From Okamejei kenojei (lineage: Eukaryota), in assembly GCA_035221665.1 (NCBI GenBank), contig CM069147.1, positions 43,958,001-44,022,000 of the forward strand: 64,000 nt of DNA, given 5' to 3'. The translations under genes were made by a program, and so were the position numbers. Below are positions 53,184-64,000 of the stretch, in pieces (positions within the stretch are counted from its first letter, which is position 1; each line of letters starts with the position of its first letter). The notes under the pieces are model-generated. The model saw only the letters and a list, made by a program, of their open reading frames with translations. It did not search any database and was not told the DNA's origin.

Positions 53184-53274
53184 TCTAAGGAGCGAAGGTC
53201 TGAAGAAAGGTCTCGACCCAAACGTCCCTAATCTCCTTCGCTCCTAGATGCTGCTGCACCCGCTGGTTTCTCCA
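53184..53274 (+). mobile_element. Penelope-derived fold-back element, same subfamily as 21256-21439
   Basis: TCTAAGGAGCGAAGG-T-CTGAAGA..GTC..CCTTCGCTCC-TAGATGCTGCTGCACCCGCTG. Confidence 0.85.
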
Positions 53275-53533
53275 TGATCAGGTATAATTTTTAAAAAGCT
53301 CAAATCGTCCCAATTGGAAGAACATCATTTTCTATCTACTGGTTTTAATTAAACTGATAATGTAGAAAAAAATACTTTGTATTGAAACTCTCATACAGCA
53401 CACAGGTAAGACGATGGTTCCTTATTTAATTAAGTTGAACCAATAAGAAATTGATTCATTTTGTATCTTCAAGGAAATTAGGAATGAGTCATTCCTTACT
53501 AGTCCAACAACCTGTTATGCTATTCCATGGTAA

Positions 53534-54030
53534 GAGGTGCAGCAGCATAGTAATTAAATTACTCGGCCAGTATCCAGAGGCCTGGACCATTGATTTGCAA
53601 ACGAGAGTTCGAGACACACCGTGTCACTTGGGGAATTTCAGTTCAAGTAACTGAATAAACCTGGAATAAAAAGGCTGGAGTCAGTAACAGTATGCCTGCC
53701 TGGAGGAACTCAATGGATCAGACAGCATCTGTGGACAAATGATGTTCGGGTCAAGGGCCTTCCTCAGACTGTTAGAGGTTAGGGAGGAGTGGGGGAGAAA
53801 GCTTGAAAAGGGGTGGGGGGCAGGACAAAGTCTGGCAAGTGATAGGTGGGTACAGTTGAGATGACTGTTGTGAGACTCAACTTGCTCACCAAGGTCCACC
53901 AGAGCAATCTGTAATCCTTACCCAGTATGGTTTATCTGTAACCCCCTAAACCCTTAATTCAGGGGCAGTTATGGATGGGTAATAAATCTTGTTATATCAG
54001 TTATATCATATCACATCGAATAAATAAAAT
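53534..54030 (+). mobile_element. Old tRNA-derived SINE interrupted by a minus-strand Penelope 3' fragment (~53692-53860)
   Basis: Head with gttcgagac, ggggaatttcagttc..aataaacctggaataaaaaggct, tail ggggcagttatggatgggtaataaat; insert has a degenerate hammerhead at ~53742-53768. Confidence 0.6.
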
Positions 54031-54814
54031 AAAGAATATACTGGATAACCTAGCCGGATAATGAATGGTTCTATCTTGTCCTTGTGACTGCGGGATTGTT
54101 ATCAGTAGCAAAGGTGAATGATTTTCACTGATAGTACTTATATCAGGTCATCTTTTGAATTAGGCTCAGAGCCCACCTATACACACAGGCAATATGATTT
54201 AGCCTTGTTGAAGTGTAAAGATATTCCCACTGCATCAGGTAAGATCTGCCGCTTACATGGATTTTTCTTGGGCAACAGGAAGAATATAAATATGCAGCAT
54301 AGAATAAAGGCCAGGCACCTTTGCCACCCACAACCTTTTCTTTTCATGATGAGACCTTTTTAATCTTTTTTTTCACTCCAAACTCATACCCTTCTATCCT
54401 TTAATAAATCACGAATTGATCCAATTCCCCTGTGAATGGTTCAATGAGGTCAGTATTTACTGCCGCAGGTGCCAGTCTATTTCATAAGGCAATGATTCTA
54501 ATCGACTTTATTTCAGATGCTAAGTCATAATGCGGTATTCAAATTATTTTTTGATATTCCCTGATTTTGTTGTTTGCATTCCCTTAAGAAAGCACACCTT
54601 GCATTCACTGTATTTTTCTAGCAGTTTGATTGCAATTATATAAACATTTTAAAGACACTTATTTAATAAGGTTTAATTTACTTAATGCCTCTCCAAAAGC
54701 AGAATCTTGATGGTGCAAAACAAGCTGTATCAAAATGGCTGCCTGCAACGCACTCAATCCATCGACCGACATTGAGAGATATTAACAAACATTGATACAT
54801 GTTACAGTTGAGAT

Positions 54815-55259
54815 AATAGACACAAAAAGCTGGAGTAACTCAGCGGGCCAGGCAACATTTCTGGAGAGAAGGAATGGGTGATGTTTCGGGTCGAGACCCT
54901 TTTCAGACTGATGTCAGGGGAGTGGGCGGTACAGAGATAAAATCGAAACTTTGGATAAAATGTAGTCAGAGACAGTAAGACTGGTGGGAGAACTGGGAAG
55001 GGGGAGGGGATGGAGGGAGAGGGAAAGCAAGGGCTACTTGAAGTTAGAAATGTCAATGTTCATACCACTGGGGTGTAAGCTGCCCAAGTGAAATATGAGG
55101 TGCTGCTCCTCCAATTTGCTCTGGGCCTCACTCTGACAATGGATGAGGCCCAGGTCAGTGTGGGAGGGGGCGTTCAAGTGTTGAGCAACCAGGAGATCAG
55201 GTAGGTTTAGGCGGACTGAGCGGAGGTGTTCAGCGAAACGATCGCCGAGCCTGCGTTTG
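54815..55259 (-). mobile_element. Penelope-like element 3' fragment: GIY-YIG endonuclease C-terminus plus hammerhead-bearing terminal repeat
   Basis: TKRRLGDRFAEHLRSV..VAQHLN..EEQHLIFHLGSLHPSGMNIDISNFK; decayed hammerhead at 54880-54906; 14-bp TSD with 2 mismatches at 54801-54814/55260-55273. Confidence 0.9.
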
Positions 55260-55839
55260 GTTGCAGTTGATATGATTGGATATTGGGAGGGGAACATGCA
55301 GATGGCAGGTACTTGTGTGCCATTTTAGTATGAGCAGCAAAGATGAAGTTTACCCCAGAGCCTTGTAGTTTTTTCCACTCCCTGCGTATCTTGCACATTA
55401 TGAACACACTAGCACAGAGCATTCACTGGAGCTTTATCAGGCAATAAAATAGTATGGATCTGTCACTGTGTTGAACTGACCCTTATCAAAGTCAGTGTTA
55501 ACATTCTGGGTGACTGTGATTATGGTAAGTAATCTCCTCACATCATCTCAGCTCAAAAACGTAAGTCTGACCATCTTTGGAGGAGTTCTTTTGAATATGC
55601 CTATTATACACATGAGAGCATATTCATTTGCCTTCAAAATAACTATTGGGAAGCGAGTGTGCTTCGACTGCACTCCATATCACATATGAAAGCTTCCATC
55701 CATTGATGAAACATTCATTGGACAGTACGGCCAGCATTTATAGCCCATCCCAAGTTTCAGAAGATTCTAGTGAGGGGCCTTTTTGATTTACCAGACTCTA
55801 TACAATGAAATTATTCGCAGGATGATTGGCCATTCATGG

Positions 55840-56950
55840 AGCATAGAACAGGACAGCACAGGAACTGGTCCTGCAAACTACAATATCTGTGCTGAAGATG
55901 ATGCCACAATAAACTAACCTCAACTGCCAACACGTATTCTATTTTTCTCCATTCCCCACATATTCATGTGCCCATCCAAAAGCCTCTGAAATGCCCCATC
56001 TTATGTGCCCCCACCACAACTGCAGGCAGCACATTACAGGCACTCCACATGCTATGTGTTAAAACCTTGCCCTGCACATCTTTAAACTTTGCCCCTCTCA
56101 CCTTAAAACTATGCCCTCTAGTCTTTGACATTTCCACTCTGGGAAAAAGGTTCTGACTGTCTCCCCCATCTAAGTGTCCTATAATTTTATATACTTCTAT
56201 CAGATCCCCCTCAACACCCTGTATTCCAGAGAAATTCATCCAAGTTTGCACAACCTCCCCTTGTAGCCGACACCTCCTAATCCAGGCAGCATTCAAGTAG
56301 AGTCTGAAGAAGGATCTCGACCCGAAACGTCACCCATTCCTTCTCTCCACAGATGCTGCCTGTCCCGCTGAGTTATTCCAGCATTTTGTGTCTATCTGCA
56401 GCATTCTAGTAAACCTCCTCTGCTCCTTCTCCAATGCCTTTGCATCCTTCGTGAAATGGGCTGACCAGAATTGCACCCAATATTTCCAAACACGGCCTAA
56501 CTAATGTCTTAAGAAACCGCAACATGAATTCCTGACTCATACTCAGTGCCCCAACCAATGAAGGCAAACTCTACATATTCATTCCTTCTACTTGTGTTAC
56601 CTGATAAATCAGCCATGATTGAATGGCGGAATAGACTTTATGGGCCGAATAGCCTTATTATGGTCCAAGAACTTATGAACCTACCACTTTTTGGGATCTT
56701 TGGGCCTAGATCCCAAGAGCCCTCTGCACATCAATGCGGTTAAGGGTTTTGCCATTAACATATTCTTTCCCCTTTAATTCCACCTTGCAAAGTCTAACAC
56801 CTCACACTTGCCCACATTTAATTCCATCTGCCATTTCTCTGCCAATATCTGTGGTTGCTCCATGTCCCTCTGTATAGTTTGACAGCCACTGTCCACAATT
56901 CCCGGCAATCTTACCAAATAACTAACTGACCCTATATATTTACATCCATG
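55840..56950 (-). mobile_element. CR1/HER1 LINE 3' portion with nested insertions
   Basis: ORF 55964-56296 GDLIEVYKII..NLFPRVEMSKTRGHSFKVRG; continues beyond 56412. Confidence 0.85.
56300..56397 (+). mobile_element. Penelope-derived hammerhead element nested in CR1
   Basis: CTGAAGAAGGATCTCGACCCGAAACGTC at 56304-56331; 14-bp TSD GCAGCATTC(A/T)AGTA at 56286-56299/56398-56411. Confidence 0.88.
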
Positions 56951-57162
56951 TCATTTACATTCCTTTTTGGATCTAACTGAATGATTTATTTTCTGGTTCC
57001 ACCATGCTGAAAGATGGGAGCAGGGGGTTTGATATGAACAACGTCACCTGTAAGTCCCCATCCAAGTCACAACCCATCTTAATTTTGAAACACTGTATCA
57101 TTTCTCCACTCTCATTGAGTGAAAGTTTTGGAATTCTCCATCCAACAGCTTCGTGTGAGTAA

Positions 57163-57638
57163 AGGGGCTGTCCCACTGCGGTGACCTAATTGGCGAGTTT
57201 AAAAGAGTTTAGGAGAGTTTGAAAAAAATGTCAGGTTGAAGACATCCTTCGACTATGTAGAAGATCTCCTTCGACCTCCCTTCGACTATGTTGTAGACTA
57301 TCTCCAACTACCTTCAACTACCTTCGATTACCTTTGACTACCCTGGATTACCTACGAATAACATGCCAACCTACTACACCTACTTCGACTAAACCTACGA
57401 GTAAAAAAAGTATAGATTTATTTCCATGGTGACCTTTTTTTATTCGCGGGCATTTTTCAACTTGTTGAAAAATACGCCGCGACCTAGCTGAGGCCTCGAG
57501 TACACGGCGACTACTATCGAGCATGAAGGAGAGTTACAGAGACCTCCTAGGACCTCGTGGTCGACCATGCTGCGAGTATGAGTCGAGGGCAAACTCGCCA
57601 GAACTCGCGGATTAAGTCGCCGCAATGGGACAGCCCCT
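57163..57638. mobile_element. Non-autonomous PIF/Harbinger-type DNA transposon (MITE)
   Basis: 28-bp TIRs (AGGGGCTGTCCCACTGCGGTGACCTAAT, 3 mismatches) at 57163-57190/57611-57638; TAA TSD; internal CCTTCGACTA tandem array. Confidence 0.85.
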
Positions 57639-58531
57639 TAACTTCACCTAAAGACAGCAGTAATTCATGAAGAGAATCCAACAGCACCTTCTTATGGAAA
57701 ATTAAGGAATGGTGATAAATGTTGGTTTTGCCAATTAAAATATATATAGTTCAGGCGAGGTAAAGTTGCCAAAAGTCCTTCTCTGAAAGGATATTAGTGA
57801 ATCGGAGTATTGGGATGAAGCATTATTAGTAATATTTCAGATTTATTTAGTTACCTGAATACGAATTCCCCAGCTACCATGGATCAGTTTCTGGATCTTT
57901 AATTCAGGTTGAAATAATATGTCCTGCACAAAACTGGTGCTTCTCTGAACTATTAGTTATGATAGTAATGCTCTCTGTGGATTTGGACTGATATGAACAA
58001 TGAGCAGTTGGTAGCTGGGAAACTGAGAAGAAACACTTACTGTGCTAATGTTCAAACAAGAAGTGTTCCCAAACCTGGTTGGTATTAATGAACAGTGTTA
58101 AGGTGGCACCTTCGACTATGCAGATCTTCTTCAGTGGTGCACTCGATCATCAGTAAGGACATTTGTACTCAACACTGTAATGGTATGGGTCAAGCAATGG
58201 TTCAATGTTGAGCAGGCCTGTAAAATATCAGATTAAATGACATGTGATTTACAATAACACTGGCACACTTTTATCTGCCAAACATAATTTATAAATTGAA
58301 TTTCTAGCTACTATTTCTTTAAGCCTATGGTCTCTTGGTAGTTTTATTTTTGTGTGGAGAAGATATTTTATTAAGAAACATTTTGCTACCTTCTGCAAGA
58401 TACAAGTTTAATGTATCAATTTCTGACCAAAACCTATAGAAGGGATTGAACAAATGTTCAGGTCCAAAAAGAAAGTGAACATGGCCCCACGTAAAGATTT
58501 AATGTGAAATCTATTTCAAATTAGACTTTTG

Positions 58532-58971
58532 GTTTAGTTTAGTTTCGAGATACAGCGTGGAAACAGGCCCTTCGGCCAACCGAGCCTGCACCGACCAGCG
58601 ATCCCCGCCAACTAGTTTTGTCCTTCACACTGGGAACAATTTACATAAGCCGATTAACTTACAAACCTGTTCAAGAAGGAACTGCAGATGCTGGAAAATC
58701 GAAGGTAGACAAAAATGGGTGGAGAAACTCAGCGGGTAAGGCAGCATCTATGGAGCGAAGGAAATAGGCGACGTTTCGGGTTGAGACCCTTCTTCAGACA
58801 AGCCTGACTTACAAACTTACAAACCTGAACCTCTTTCGAATGTGTTGGAGGAAACTGGAGCAACCAATGTGTTCACATGGCGATCATACAAAAGCCATAC
58901 AGGCAGCACCCATAGTCAGGATCGCTGGTGCTGTAAGGCAGCAACTCTACCGCTGTGCAACTGTGCCACCC
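58532..58971 (-). mobile_element. HE1-type V-SINE interrupted by a Penelope-derived element
   Basis: Tail at 58532, head ending actgtgccaccc at 58971, insert at 58670-58799. Confidence 0.85.
58670..58799 (-). mobile_element. Penelope-derived element with intact hammerhead core
   Basis: CTGAAGAAGGGTCTCAACCCGAAACGTC (minus strand, 58770-58797); TSD AACTTACAAACCTG at 58656-58669/58814-58827. Confidence 0.88.
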
Positions 58972-58981
58972 TAAAATGTTC

Positions 58982-59052
58982 AATTATGTTATATAAAACA
59001 AATAATGATGCTATGTTATGTAAAATTATGTTATGTAAAACAAATAATGATG
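58982..59052 (+). repeat. 29-bp direct duplication with partial internal copy
   Basis: AATTATGTTAT(A/G)TAAAACAAATAATGATG at 58982 and 59024. Confidence 0.85.
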
Positions 59053-59477
59053 GTGAATACCTGTGTAACTAAATAATGATCAGCAGTCAGCTTTCAACTG
59101 GAGGGCCAAGTGGAGGAAACAATGACACATTTGTTTGTGATTCCAGAATTTATTTAATAAGAATAAGATTATTTCATTATTTTTTCCAAATAGAGGTGCA
59201 ATTTATCTGCACAGCTTGTGCCATATACTTATATTTGGAAAATATTGGTTCTGTACCTTTTTTTCCAAAAAAAAAAATCAAAATAGCAATGGGTTCTTGA
59301 TGTGATGAAGCAGTTTATGGTTAATTTAGAATATTTGGCAACACAAGTCTACCTCCTACAGAGTAGCATTGAAACACCAATGGCTGGTCTTATTGATTAT
59401 GTTGGCCACAGAGGACATCACCTTTGCTACTTAAGTGGGCAGAAAACCCACATTGACCAATAATTGTTGGGGATAGG

Positions 59478-59567
59478 CACACAATGCTGGAGTAACTCAG
59501 CGGGACAGGCAGTATCTCTGGAGAGAAGGAATGGGTAACGTTTCGAGTCGAGACCGTTCTTCAGACT
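59478..59567 (-). mobile_element. Penelope-derived short element with degenerate hammerhead
   Basis: Family body plus aacgtttcgagtcgagaccgttcttcag. Confidence 0.82.
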
Positions 59568-59629
59568 ATGTTGGAGGTTGTACTAGCTGGCTCTTGGGGA
59601 CTGCTGCACCAGAAGGGGGATCTAGCCAA

Positions 59630-59770
59630 GTCAAGAGTTAAGAGAGTTTATTGTCATGTGTCATAGATACAACAGAATATTTTAGGCATAAATACAGATC
59701 AGATCAGATCAGTGTGACCATATACCATAGAATATATATATATACACACACATAAATACACTATCTGTGC
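59630..59770 (-). mobile_element. Probable LINE 3' tail (Rex1-like)
   Basis: (aagag)n plus tttattgtcat poly(A)-signal motif, as at 62270-62295. Confidence 0.35.
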
Positions 59771-61051
59771 AATAGGTTGTTAATTATGATGTGTCAATTA
59801 TGCCTGTTGGACTGATTCTAATTGTTCATATGGAAACAGGTGCTCGGATTATGGACAAAAATCTAACTGCATCAGTTAGTTCACCGAAAACGTCTCGAGC
59901 AAAACCGCCAGCAGATGTGGTTGGAATGGCTTAATAAAAATATATACTTACAAGTTAATTCATTTGTAATCAGAAGAGGTATATACTCAGTTGAGTCCTG
60001 GGATGGGCTAGGTTGTCGATGGCTTAGTACTATTAGCACTGGGATACAAAGATGGCCAGATGGGCTGACCCATCTGAATGATGGCACCATAAATGGTGGT
60101 GCTCGCATGTGTAATATATGCAAAAAGAATTTCACTGTGCAGTTGCATATGTGACAAATAAAACACTATTGACTATTATTAATTTATTATTCTTCCAGTT
60201 TGTTTCCCGGCAGAGTGGGGAATGCGCCATTTCATGTATTGCTGTGATCCAAAGAAGAATGCAGATGTTGGACAAGTGGGAAACGTCCACTTAGAAAACT
60301 ATAGAGAAAGAACCGTGAAGGATGATCAGTTCCTTCAGGATGGAAATCTCTCAAATGCTGAGCATGTTTAACACCAACCATTGGACTCTTCCATGTTTAA
60401 GAGCTAACTGTTTTTAATCACACTGAGATTTTGTCAACTCTCGATAAATAAAGATGTACCTTAGTCCCTTGGATCTGACATAAATTTCTTTAGATGCCAT
60501 TTATTTTAGATTGTCTCTCTGTGGGTTTTTACTTCATATGAAGCAGTGTGCCTGCTGCTATTTTAAGGAGTTGTATGGGAATTCAATACCTGGTGGAGGA
60601 ATAATGACCATAAGCTAGTCAGTGAGACTAAGTGAACTTGCACAGGTGCAAAAGAGGGTGTTTCCCTTGTTAGAATTGTGGTTGAAGAATTGCTGAATGA
60701 CTGCTCTGAAGATTCTGTGAGCACATAAACAGTCCAATTCATTACCAACCATAACAACTAAGAGGATCCCAACCCAAATGCATACTTTCCACTGTTAGTT
60801 ATCTCAGTCCAAATATTGGAGGAGCACTATCGTTTATCTCACTGTCCTACAGCTTAAAGATGAGGGAAAATTAGCCAAAGTTTTAATCCTAGCCTGGCCA
60901 CCCTAGATGTCTCCCCAAATCTGCTTCCAGTAACAGTTGTGGAAGAATTGAATTGGAATAGTCTTAAAACAGGTGCAATTGGCAATCATCTTCAGAGATA
61001 TCGCAGTGGATGTTGGTGTTAAGAAGGAGAAAGAGACTGAACATTAGAAGG

Positions 61052-61216
61052 TGGGGGAGGGTGGGGGAGGGGAGGGGGGGCGAGCGATCTTCTTTACGCC
61101 CCCCCCCACCCTCACATCAGTCTGAAGAAGGGTTTTGACCCGAAACGTTGCCTATTTCCTTCGCTCCATAGATGCTGCCTCACCCGCTGGGTTTCTCCAG
61201 CATTTTTGTCTAACTT
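61052..61216 (+). mobile_element. Penelope-derived hammerhead element with G-rich/C-rich 5' fold-back
   Basis: CTGAAGAAGGGTTTTGACCCGAAACGTT at 61122-61149; perfect 14-bp TSD TGAACATTAGAAGG at 61038-61051/61217-61230. Confidence 0.88.
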
Positions 61217-61312
61217 TGAACATTAGAAGGGCTGGGATTGTGGGTGGTCTTTAATCACAGTTGGGGAAAGTAGGGGTATTATATAGTTTACTGAGTCAAA
61301 CTGACCTTTTAA

Positions 61313-61617
61313 GGGCGGCAACGTGGTGCAGTGTTAGACTTGCTGCCTTGGAATGCCAGAGACCCAGGTTTGATCCTGACTACGGGTGCTGTCTGTATGG
61401 ATTTTGGACGTATTCCCTGTGATCGCTTGGTTTTTCTCCAGGTGCTCTGGTTTCCTCCCACATTCCAAAAAATGTACAGGTTTATAGCTTAATTTGGCTT
61501 CGGTAAAAAAATTGTAAATTGTACTTAGTGTATGGAATAGTGCTGGTGTGCAGGATGATTGCTTGTCAGTGCGGACAAGATGGGCCGAAAAGCCTGTTTC
61601 TGTGCTGCATCTCTAAA
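61313..61617 (+). mobile_element. HE1-type V-SINE, full length
   Basis: GGGCGGCA head, B-box, V-domain ggtgctctggtttcctcccacattccaaa, CR1-derived tail. Confidence 0.9.
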
Positions 61618-62164
61618 GTGATTCACTAAAACTATTCACACAAAAAATAAACAAATTCTTAAGTGCACATTCAACATTTTCCATGCCAAAAATGGACATG
61701 ACAGATTCCACATTCTATTGGCCAGTTATATTCTTTAATCTGGATGTATTTTGTTGTCCACTATTTTTTTTGGAGTTTAAACTATTATCGGGTGCTTCAT
61801 GAGAACAAAATTCTGGAAACACTCAGTTGGTTTTACAGTATCTTGGGGAGGAGGAACATAAATGATGTTTCAGAGTCGATGACATTTGAACGGAACTGAA
61901 AGAACAAACGAACTTTAAGACGGAGAGTAAGAGAAAAGGGGCAGAGAGAATAAAAGGGAAAATCTATGAAAGGGCAGATCATGGGAAAGGTTAAACGGCA
62001 AGGCAACAGAGAGTGGTAGTAGGATCGGAAGTGCAGAATTTCTCCAGCAGAGGTAAAAATGAAAGCAGCAAAGTCATCATCATTTATTGAAGCAGGCAGG
62101 TAACAGTATAAACAAGTTCCTTAAAATAATTGCATAGAGTTATAGAAACTATGAACAATAAGTC

Positions 62165-62267
62165 AATAAATTGTGTGTAGGATAGAACTAGTTTACTGGT
62201 GATCGCTGGCCAGCACGGACTAGGCTGGCAGAAGGGCCTATTTCCACGTTGCATCTCTAATCTAATC
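62165..62267 (+). mobile_element. HE1 SINE 3' portion
   Basis: gatcgctggccagcacggac..gaagggcctatttccacgttgcatctctaa. Confidence 0.75.
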
Positions 62268-62669
62268 AAATCAAATCAAACTTTATTGTCATTTAGAAAT
62301 ACATCGATAAATGCAATTCTAAATGAAATTCCGTTGCATTTGGCATTTTGCAACACAATAATAAACAGAAGGGTAAAATGGATAAAATGGATAAAAGGAT
62401 AAAATGGATAAAAAGATAAAATAGATAATGGTGGCAGCCCATTACATGGCATTCAAGAGTCTGATGGCTTGTGGGAAGAAGCTGTTGCAAAACCTTGACG
62501 TTATGCTACGATATCTTTTGCCCGAGGGCAGCAGAGTGAACAGTCCATGATGGAGATGTGTGGGGTCCTTCATAATACTGCTGGCCTTAGACAAGCAACA
62601 TTTGCTCGCAATTGAGGGGAGAGAAGTCCCGACGATGTTTTCAGCCGTCCTCACCACTTTCTGCACGGA
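62268..62669 (-). mobile_element. Rex1/Babar-type LINE 3' end inserted in the SINE tail
   Basis: QKVVRTAENIVGTSLPSI..KASSIMKDPTHLHHGLFTLLPSGKRYRS..NSFFPQAIRLLN; TSD CTAATCTAATC at 62257-62267/62670-62680. Confidence 0.85.
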
Positions 62670-63009
62670 CTAATCTAATCTAAATTTAACTAAACTTTGA
62701 AGTTAAGCCCGCTCAGCCAGTGCTAAAATGTGCATACATGAAACATTTGAGAGTGTGGTTTTCGTCACAATGGTTGTACCAGTAATCCATGGTGGGGACA
62801 TGGTGCATGCTCCCACACTTAGAGTGAGATTGATGGATCAAAAGGTCCACGGGAGAGAGGAACAGTGCGGCAAGAGAAGATACAGAGCCTGCAATCAAGC
62901 TCCAGGCATCCGGAGAAGTGGAATTTGTCCAAAACCTGCCGGGCGTGAATTCATTGCAGCTTGCAGTAGCACATCCTCACTCATTGTGAAAGGGAATCTT
63001 TACGTGGAG

Positions 63010-63440
63010 TGGAGACCCATGGACTGTTTCATTGAACACTTGCACTTGATCTGCCAAGGCATGCTGGATCTCCTGTTGTTAGCCATTTTAACTCCCCTTC
63101 CCATTCCTACACTGATTTTTCTGTCCTGGGCCTCCTCACTGCCAGAGTGAAACCACACGCAAACTGAAGGAACGGCACCTCATATTCTGCTTGGGCAGCT
63201 TACTACCCATTAAACTAAACATTGAATTCTACAATTTTAGGTAACCCCCCCTCCTTTCCTTCCACCCTCTTTTCTTTCCCCCTTCCCCAAACTCTGGGTG
63301 CACATCCATGTATCTGACTATCCCACTCCCCTCCCCCTTCCATGTATATCCCTCCCTCTGCCTTCATATTTCACCCCTCTCTACTTACCTAATGCCTTTT
63401 TGCCTTCTTTTCATCTCTAGCCATTGTCCACCCATCTGCC
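63010..63440 (+). mobile_element. Penelope-like element GIY-YIG C-terminal fragment (frameshifted) and 3'UTR
   Basis: CFIEHL..HFNSPSHSYTDFSVLGLL..CQSETTRKLKERHLIFCLGSLLPIKLNIEFYNFR*; homologous to 55034-55259. Confidence 0.85.
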
Positions 63441-64000
63441 AAACTAAACTAAACTTCTCCATAAGTCAATATTTGCTGAACGATCTAAGTTGAGTTCTTA
63501 GCGGTTGTGGAATAGGCTTATAGATAAGATATATTCGGAACACAGATCAGTGCAGGACCACCTGTAAAGACTTCCAATTTAGGCTTTTCCAGAAGAGGCA
63601 AAGAAGGGAGCCCAGTGGAGCTACTGGAAGCACTTGAAGAGCAGGCGTTTGGGGCCTCCACATTGCGGCGATCAGCACCTGCATCGGGGGGATGTCAGCT
63701 CTTCCCTCCGCTGATCTGGCCACAGTCAGGCAAAGAGGGAAGGGAAAACTATGAACACATTCTGTTGTAATTTGTTGTTGTGGTTGGACTCTCTAAAGGA
63801 TCCATGTACATTAATGATTAGTTTAATATTGTCACGTCTTCCGAGAGAGTGAAAAGCTTTTCTTTGCGTGCTATCCAGGCAAAGAAAAGACTACATATGA
63901 ATACTTTTAAGCCATCCATAGTGCACAGATAAAGGTACAACATTTAGTGCAAGATATAACACTGGCATTGAATTCCAATTAAGTCCGACTAAAGAAAGTT

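Noticed and set aside
1-64000. Prokaryotic systems (CRISPR arrays, operons, rRNA, true tRNA genes)
   Set aside because: The sequence is vertebrate non-coding DNA; there is no repeat-spacer array, and tRNA-like segments are SINE heads

Overview
AT-rich vertebrate non-coding DNA, most likely from a cartilaginous fish such as a skate or ray. This is inferred from repeats I recall as HE1-type V-SINEs with (TAAAC)n tails, CR1/HER1 LINE 3' ends and elasmobranch-type Penelope ends. I see no intact host protein-coding gene; the recognisable ORFs are decayed retroelement fragments (CR1 RT C-terminus, Penelope GIY-YIG, Rex1/Babar). The first ~14 kb is almost free of transposons and holds a candidate spliced exon (2467-2574) and a cluster of POU octamer motifs, suggesting a constrained regulatory region or lncRNA/5'UTR. 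The most notable signal is two families of short non-autonomous retroelements with predicted self-cleaving ribozymes. (1) A ~140-bp element, in two copies, whose first 54 nt fold as a minimal HDV-like ribozyme starting at the element's 5' end. (2) About 17 Penelope-derived elements with a minimal hammerhead motif, several with 12-16-bp target-site duplications (TSDs), long fold-backs or tandem arrangement. Repeat family names come from recall, not a database search, and all ribozyme calls are structural predictions.
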